Below are positions 56,123-64,000 of a stretch of 64,000 nucleotides of DNA, piece after piece (the first letter of the stretch is position 1; every line of letters starts with the position of its first letter). The notes below the pieces were generated by a model. It saw only the letters and a list, made by a program, of their open reading frames with translations. It did not search any database and was not told the origin of the DNA. A program made the position numbers and the translations under genes. The DNA is from Actinophytocola sp. (GTDB lineage Bacteria > Actinomycetota > Actinomycetes > Mycobacteriales > Pseudonocardiaceae), in the NCBI RefSeq assembly GCF_036555685.1, contig NZ_DATBKY010000172.1:6412-70411 (forward strand), in the 5' to 3' direction.

Positions 56123-58849
56123 ATGGTCGTACAGGACCACCCGACGCCGGTAGCGGGGTCGTCGAGCCAGCCGAAGGACTGGTACGCGCGCACCGGGGAG
56201 GACATCGCCACCGCGCTGGGCGTCGACGTGGCGGTCGGCCTGCCGGCGCGGACCGCGGCGGAACGGCTCCGCACGAACGGGCCCAACGCGCTGCCCGAGG
56301 AGAAGCCGAAGCCGACGTGGCGGCGCTTCCTCGACCAGTACACCACCTACATGCAGATCATCCTGCTCGCGGCGGCCCTGGTCTCGTTCCTGATCAAGGA
56401 GTGGAGCACGGGCACGCTGCTCGTCCTGCTGACCGTGTTCAACGCCGTCGTCGGCCTGCGCCAGGAGGGCAAGGCGGAGAGCGCGATGAACGCGCTCAAG
56501 GCCATGATGAAGGCGACCGCGCGGGTCCGGCGTGACGGTACGGAGGCGGAGATCCCGGCCGACCAGCTCGTCGTCGGCGACGTCGTGCTGATCACCAGCG
56601 GCGACCAGGTGCCGGCGGACTGCCGGATCGTCACCGCCAGCGCGCTGCAGATCGACGAGTCCGCGATGACCGGCGAGAGCGTGCCGGCCGCCAAGGACGC
56701 CGCACCGATCGTCGGCGCGGACCTCGGGCCGGGTGACCAGACGAACATGGCGTTCATGAACTCGCCGGTGACCCACGGCAGCGCCACCGCGATCGTCACC
56801 GGTACCGGCGCGGACACCGAGCTCGGCAAGATCTCCGGGATGCTCTCGGCCACCCAGCGGGAGAAGTCGCCGCTGGAACGCGAGCTCAACACGCTGACGC
56901 TGTGGATCGCGAGCGCCGCCGGGCTGACCATGATCGTGATGTTCATCCTGGGCCGCGGCCGCGGCGAGGCATGGGACGACCTGTTCGTCGCCGCGGTGTC
57001 GCTCGCGATCGCGGCGATCCCGGAGGCGCTGCCGACGGTGAGCCAGGTGATCCTCTCGCTCGGCAGCGTGGACCTGGCCAAGCGCAACGCGATCGTGAAG
57101 GACCTGCCGTCGGTGGAGACGCTGGGGTTCACGTCGGCGATCAACTCCGACAAGACCGGCACGCTGACGATGAACCAGATGACCGCCGTCGAGGTGATCG
57201 ACCCAGGGGACCAGTACACGATCACCGGGTCCGGATACAGCCTCGACGGGCGGGTGCAGCACGCGGTCGGCGGCTCGGAGCGCATCGACGACGCGATCCT
57301 GCCGTTCCTCGTCGCCAACGACGGCAAGATCATCGACGGCAAGGTCGTCGGCGACCCGACCGAGGGCGCGCTGCTCGTCCTCGGGCACAAGGCGGGCCTG
57401 GACGTCGAGGCGACGCGGGAGCGGCTGCCGCGGATGGCCACGCTGCCGTTCGACCCGTCCTACAAGCTGATGGCCACGTTCCACGCGACGACCGACGCCA
57501 CCGGCCGGTCGGTCATCCGCTGCTTCGTCAAGGGCGCCGCCCCCGCGGTGATGGCCCGGGCCGCGACGGCGCTCGCCGGCGACGGCACCGTCGTGCCGTG
57601 GGACACCCCGCTGAACCAGCGTGCCGAGGAGCACATGGTGCGCATGGAGGACCAGGGCCGGCGGGTGATGGCCGCGGCCCAGCGCGACCTGGAGCCCGCC
57701 GACTTCGACCCCGGCGGCGACCTGCTCGCCTACGTCACCGAATTGCGGATGACCAGCCTCGTGGCGATGGTCGACCCGCCGCGCGACGAGTCCAAGGACG
57801 CCGTCGCGGCCGCGCAGGCCGCGCACATCCGGGTCCGCATGGTCACCGGCGACGACGTCACCACCGGCGCGGCGATCGCCCGCCAGCTCGGTATCGACGG
57901 TGACGCGATGCTGGGCGCGGAGTTCGCCGCGCTGTCCGAGGAGGAGCGGCTCGCCCGCATCGACGACATCGGCGTCATCGGGCGGGTCGCCCCGGAGCAC
58001 AAGGTCCTGCTCGCGGACACGTTGAAGAAGAAGGGCGACGTCGTCGCGATGACCGGCGACGGGGTCAACGACGCGCCGGCCATCAAGGCGGCCGACATCG
58101 GAATCGCGATGGGCAGCGGTACCGAGGTGGCGAAGAACGCGGGGCGGATGATCCTGTCCGACGACAACTTCGCCACGATCGTGTTCGCCGTTGAGCAGGG
58201 CCGCAAGATCTACGACAACCTCACCAAGTACATCCGGTTCGTGCTGGTGCTGCTCGTCGTGTTCGTGCTGACCTTCCTCGGCGCCAGCCTGTTCAACGTC
58301 GCGGCGGGCGAGCCGTTCACGCCGGCACAGGTGCTGTGGATCCACTTCATCGTCAACGCGCCGTTCGGGTTCGCGCTCGGCTTCGACCGCGAGACACCGG
58401 GGCTCATGTCGCTGAAACCCAGGCCGCGCGGCACATCCGTGCTCACGATGCCGGTGTTCGTGACCGTCGGCCTGTCCGGTCTCGCCGTCACGATCGGGCT
58501 GCTCATGCTGCTCGTGCTCGGCGAGCGGAACTTCGACGCGCAGATCGCCAACTCGATCGCGTTCACCTCGTTCGCGCTGTGCCTGATCGTGGCGGCGGTC
58601 GAGTGCCGCAGCGAGACGGCCAGCGTGCTGACCACGTCCACGTTCGACAGCAAGCACATGAACTGGACGATGTTCGGCGAGTTCGCACTCGCGGTCCTGG
58701 CGGTCCAGACCGACGCGTTCCACACTCTGCTCGGTACGACCAAGCTCAGTATGCAGCAGTTCGCGTGGGCGCTGATCCCCGCCGTGGCGCTGCTGTTGTT
58801 GTGGGAGCTGGGCAAGCTGGTCGCGCGCCGGGCCTCACACGCCCGGTAA
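56123..58849 (+). CDS. Cation-transporting P-type ATPase (type IIA, Ca2+-ATPase-like)
   Basis: TGES, IPEAL, DKTGT phosphorylation site, KGA, MVTGD, TGDGVNDAPA. Confidence 0.95.
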   Translation: MVVQDHPTPVAGSSSQPKDWYARTGEDIATALGVDVAVGLPARTAAERLRTNGPNALPEEKPKPTWRRFLDQYTTYMQIILLAAALVSFLIKEWSTGTLLVLLTVFNAVVGLRQEGKAESAMNALKAMMKATARVRRDGTEAEIPADQLVVGDVVLITSGDQVPADCRIVTASALQIDESAMTGESVPAAKDAAPIVGADLGPGDQTNMAFMNSPVTHGSATAIVTGTGADTELGKISGMLSATQREKSPLERELNTLTLWIASAAGLTMIVMFILGRGRGEAWDDLFVAAVSLAIAAIPEALPTVSQVILSLGSVDLAKRNAIVKDLPSVETLGFTSAINSDKTGTLTMNQMTAVEVIDPGDQYTITGSGYSLDGRVQHAVGGSERIDDAILPFLVANDGKIIDGKVVGDPTEGALLVLGHKAGLDVEATRERLPRMATLPFDPSYKLMATFHATTDATGRSVIRCFVKGAAPAVMARAATALAGDGTVVPWDTPLNQRAEEHMVRMEDQGRRVMAAAQRDLEPADFDPGGDLLAYVTELRMTSLVAMVDPPRDESKDAVAAAQAAHIRVRMVTGDDVTTGAAIARQLGIDGDAMLGAEFAALSEEERLARIDDIGVIGRVAPEHKVLLADTLKKKGDVVAMTGDGVNDAPAIKAADIGIAMGSGTEVAKNAGRMILSDDNFATIVFAVEQGRKIYDNLTKYIRFVLVLLVVFVLTFLGASLFNVAAGEPFTPAQVLWIHFIVNAPFGFALGFDRETPGLMSLKPRPRGTSVLTMPVFVTVGLSGLAVTIGLLMLLVLGERNFDAQIANSIAFTSFALCLIVAAVECRSETASVLTTSTFDSKHMNWTMFGEFALAVLAVQTDAFHTLLGTTKLSMQQFAWALIPAVALLLLWELGKLVARRASHAR

Positions 58850-60562
58850 CTCCCGCGGCGCTTCCGTGCCGGCCGGTGTCCACTGTGCACCGGTCTCGGC
58901 GCGGAACGCGTCGATCGCGCCCTCGACCGTCGGGAAGAAATGGTTCGGGTCGATCGTGTGCGTCAGCCCGTACCGGTCGATCTTGCGCCGTACCGGGTCC
59001 TTGAGCTCCGCGAAGACGAGGCTCGTGCCCTGCTCGTTCAGGGTCTCGTCCAGCTGCTTGACGATGTCGGCGGCGGTGGTGTCCACGTCGGTGATCGGCT
59101 CGGCGGCGACGACGATCCACTTCGGCGGCGGATCCTCCCGGGCGAGCCTGGTGATCTCCTCGCGGAAGGCGGGCACGTTGGCGAAGATCAGCGGCGCGTC
59201 GAACCGGTAGATGACCACGCCCGGCAGCTGCTCGGCGTCCGGATAGGACCGGATGTCGTGGAAGCCGGGCAGGTTCTCCGTCCGGCCGAGCACCGTCTGG
59301 TACGGCCACCAGGCGCGCCGGAAGACGTTGAGGATCGACAGCGCGACCGCGATGGCGATGCCGGCCAGCACGCCGAGCAGCGCGACGCCGAGGAACGCGG
59401 CGATGGACAGCAGGAACTCGGTCCGCCGCTGGCGCCACAGCCGCACCGTGCCCGGCACGTCGGCCAGCGACAGCGACGCGGTGATCACCACGGCCGCCAG
59501 TGCCGGCTGTGGCAGGTTCCGGAACAGTCCGGGCAGCAACACGATCATCAGGATGATCAGGGTCGCGCCGATCACGCCGGTGAGCTGGGTGCGCCCGCCG
59601 GCCTGGTGCGCGACGGCGGTGCGGGACCCGCTGGTGCTGACCGGGAAACCCTGGAAGAGCCCGGACGCGAGGTCGGCGGCGCCGATCCCGAGCATCTCCT
59701 TGTTGCCCTCGATCTGCCTGCCGGCCCGCGAGGCGAACGCGGTGGCCGTCGAGATCGTGTCGGCCAGCGACACCACGGCGATGCCCACCGCCCCGGCCAG
59801 CAGCGGCAGGATGTCGCCGAACCCGACGGCCGGGACGGTCAACGGCGGGAACCCCTTCGGCAGCTCCCCCACCAGGCTGACGCCCCTCCCCTCCAGGTCG
59901 AACACGGACGCGGCCGCGATCGCGAGGATCACCATGATGAGCACCGCCGGGAGCTTCGGCAGCCAGCGCTGCAGCACCAGCACCACCGCGATGCCGCCGA
60001 TCCCGACGGCCGCCGCGGCGCCGACGGTCTTGCCGTCCGCTACCGCGTCGACGAACCCGGCGAACTCGGCGATCAGTCCGTCTGCCTCGACCTTGAACCC
60101 GAGCAGCTTCGGCAGCTGTCCGACGAGGATGGTCAGCGCGAGGCCGTTGAGGTAGCCGATCATCGTGGGCTTGGAGATCAGGTCGGCGATGAACCCGAGC
60201 CTCGCCACGGATGCGATGATCATGATGGCGGCCACCAGGATCGCCAGCATCGACGCGAGGGCGACCGCCCGCTCCGGATCGCCACCCGCGGCGACGAGCG
60301 GCAACACCGTCGCCGCGATCATCGGCCCGAGCGAGGAGTCCGGACCGAGGACCAGGACGCGGGACGGCCCGAACACGGCGTAGCCCAGCAGGCACATGAT
60401 CGACGTGTACAGACCGGTGATCGGCGGCAGGCCGGCCAGCTCCGCGTACGCCATGCCCTGCGGCACGAGCACAGTCGTCAGCACGATGCCGGCGACCACG
60501 TCCTTCACCAGCCACTGGCGGCGGTACGTCCGGACCAGCTCCACACCGGGCACGCGAAGCAC
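58835..60562 (-). CDS. SulP/SLC26 anion transporter with STAS domain
   Basis: DVVAGI....VLVPQGMAYAELAG, GLYTS, SGSRT, C-terminal YRFDAPLIFAN...DTTA STAS domain. Confidence 0.94.
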   Translation of the reverse strand: MLRVPGVELVRTYRRQWLVKDVVAGIVLTTVLVPQGMAYAELAGLPPITGLYTSIMCLLGYAVFGPSRVLVLGPDSSLGPMIAATVLPLVAAGGDPERAVALASMLAILVAAIMIIASVARLGFIADLISKPTMIGYLNGLALTILVGQLPKLLGFKVEADGLIAEFAGFVDAVADGKTVGAAAAVGIGGIAVVLVLQRWLPKLPAVLIMVILAIAAASVFDLEGRGVSLVGELPKGFPPLTVPAVGFGDILPLLAGAVGIAVVSLADTISTATAFASRAGRQIEGNKEMLGIGAADLASGLFQGFPVSTSGSRTAVAHQAGGRTQLTGVIGATLIILMIVLLPGLFRNLPQPALAAVVITASLSLADVPGTVRLWRQRRTEFLLSIAAFLGVALLGVLAGIAIAVALSILNVFRRAWWPYQTVLGRTENLPGFHDIRSYPDAEQLPGVVIYRFDAPLIFANVPAFREEITRLAREDPPPKWIVVAAEPITDVDTTAADIVKQLDETLNEQGTSLVFAELKDPVRRKIDRYGLTHTIDPNHFFPTVEGAIDAFRAETGAQWTPAGTEAPRELPGV

Positions 60563-60684
60563 GACATCACCTCACCCGCCACAGTGCGGACACGAACACC
60601 GCGAGTCGACACGCTCCCCGCGGTCGTGCCCTCACCCGCAGAAGGTGAAGCCGCGGTCGTGCCGGCGTGCCCACACTGGGCGTC

Positions 60685-60951
60685 ATGAGTCGCAACCGCG
60701 GGCGGTCGCACGTGCCCGGCCCGGCCGTCGAGGACGTCGTGGCGGCCACGGTCGCCCGGATGACCGTTCGCCACCCGTCGGTCCCCGACGCCGTCGTGGG
60801 CGGCGTCGTCTATCAGGCCGCGGTCGAGCTCGTCTGCACGGTCGCCGACGGCGAGCAGCTGCGGCGCCAGCTCGAACGCCGTGTGCACGCCCGCCTCCTG
60901 GCGCTGGCCGGCACGCCGGTGCCGATCACGACAGTCCGCGAGAACCGCTAG
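60685..60951 (+). CDS. Small helical hypothetical protein (88 aa)
   Basis: GC-biased codon usage, three amphipathic helices; no recognisable catalytic motif. Confidence 0.55.
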   Translation: MSRNRGRSHVPGPAVEDVVAATVARMTVRHPSVPDAVVGGVVYQAAVELVCTVADGEQLRRQLERRVHARLLALAGTPVPITTVRENR

Positions 60952-61050
60952 CACCAGCGCGAACGTGAGTTCCGCGCAACTCGGACCTCGCACCGCCCGC
61001 CGCCGCGACGTGTTCACGATGGAGGCGCCCGCGCCGGGCACGCGCCCGGC

Positions 61051-63143
<2,093 letters not shown>

Positions 63144-63147
<4 letters not shown>

Positions 63148-64000
63148 CGGTCCTCCTCCAGCCCGAGCACGATCTCGGCGACGGACGGCACCATGCCGTG
63201 CCGGCGGCGGATCACGTCGGCGACGATCCCCGTCCAGCCCGTCTGGTGCGACGCCCCCAGCCCGGCGGCGTTGTCGCCGTGGAAGTACTCGTTGAACATC
63301 AGGTTGTCCCGCCAATCCGGGTCGTGCTGCATCCGGTCCACCCAGCCGAAGCACGGCCGCCGCCCGTCCGGGCCGACGGTGAAGATCGACACAAGCCGGC
63401 CCCACAGGTCGTCCGTCACCTCGTGGAGGGTGCGCAGCTTTCCCGAGCCGGTCGGGTACTCGACGGTCAGGTCCGCACCGAAGAAGCGGTGGTAGCGCTC
63501 CAGCGCGCTGGTGACGAGATAGTTCAACGGGAACCACACCGGCCCCCGCCAGTTGGAGTTGCCGCCGAACATGGCGGTGGCCGACTCGGCGGGCTGGTAG
63601 TCGACACTCGCCCGCACGCCCTCGACCTCGATCGTGTACGGGTGCTCGCGGTGGAACGCGGACAGCGACCGCAGGCCGTATGGCGACAGGAACTCGGCCG
63701 GGTCGAACAGGGTCCGGAACAGCCGCTTCACCCGCTCGACGCCGACCGCGCTCAGCAGCAGCCGGCGCGCTCCGGGCTCCCCACGCAGCACCCCGGCCTC
63801 GGTCAGCTTGACCGGGTCACGCATCCCGTGGCGGTCGAGGAAGCGGGCGAACTGCTTACCGGCCGAGATCGCCGGGTCCAGGATCCGCTCGTCGACGAAC
63901 GTGACCGCGAGCATCGGCACGATGCCGACCATCGAGTGCACCCGCACCGGTACGACGCCGCCGCCCGGGGTGACGACCCGGTCGTAGAACATGCCGTCCG
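63144..64000 (-). CDS. MGH1-like / GH63 glucosidase, C-terminal part (5'-partial)
   Basis: RVHSMVG..P, EFLSPYGLRSLS, GGNSNWRGPVWFPLN, EYFHGDNAAGLGASHQTGWT. Confidence 0.9.

Noticed and set aside
15892-60562. Sulfatase, CysZ-like protein, SulP and sulfite-oxidase-like gene as one sulfur-scavenging system
   Set aside because: They are scattered over 45 kb in unrelated operons, and each family has many non-sulfate roles. No formylglycine-generating enzyme or shared motif is visible.

Overview
High-GC actinomycete chromosomal window (taxon not determinable from the sequence alone). It carries about 45 genes, mostly accessory: katG, AraC/LuxR/TetR/Lrp regulators, transporters, several SAM methyltransferases, secreted hydrolases, a Ser/Thr kinase, and a PPK2/P-type ATPase/SulP/GH63/glgX block. 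I found no rRNA, tRNA, CRISPR array, transposase or integrase. The main feature is a ~21 kb non-canonical NRPS gene cluster (19255-40558). A tightly coupled minus-strand operon encodes A-T-C-T, an MbtH-like protein, C-A(dead)-T-E(dead), a fused tandem acyl-CoA dehydrogenase, an MFS exporter, C-A(dead)-C(half)-A-T-C, a heme-oxygenase-like diiron oxidase (HDO) and a stand-alone A domain. A GMC oxidoreductase converges on it. The cluster has four intact carrier domains but only two intact embedded A domains, no thioesterase and no regulator inside it. This suggests in-trans loading and oxidative tailoring of unusual, possibly N-oxidised, building blocks. I do not recognise it as a characterised cluster, but that needs a MIBiG comparison. 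Other observations: an orphan WXG100/YxxxD type VII substrate-like pair, three eroded gene remnants (hemerythrin, conservon-type GTPase, GT1 glycosyltransferase), a tandem palindromic TetR operator overlapping a probably leaderless methyltransferase start, and an uncharacterised lipoprotein. Start codons were re-picked by eye from RBS and family N-termini. Domain boundaries and A-domain codes are manual estimates.
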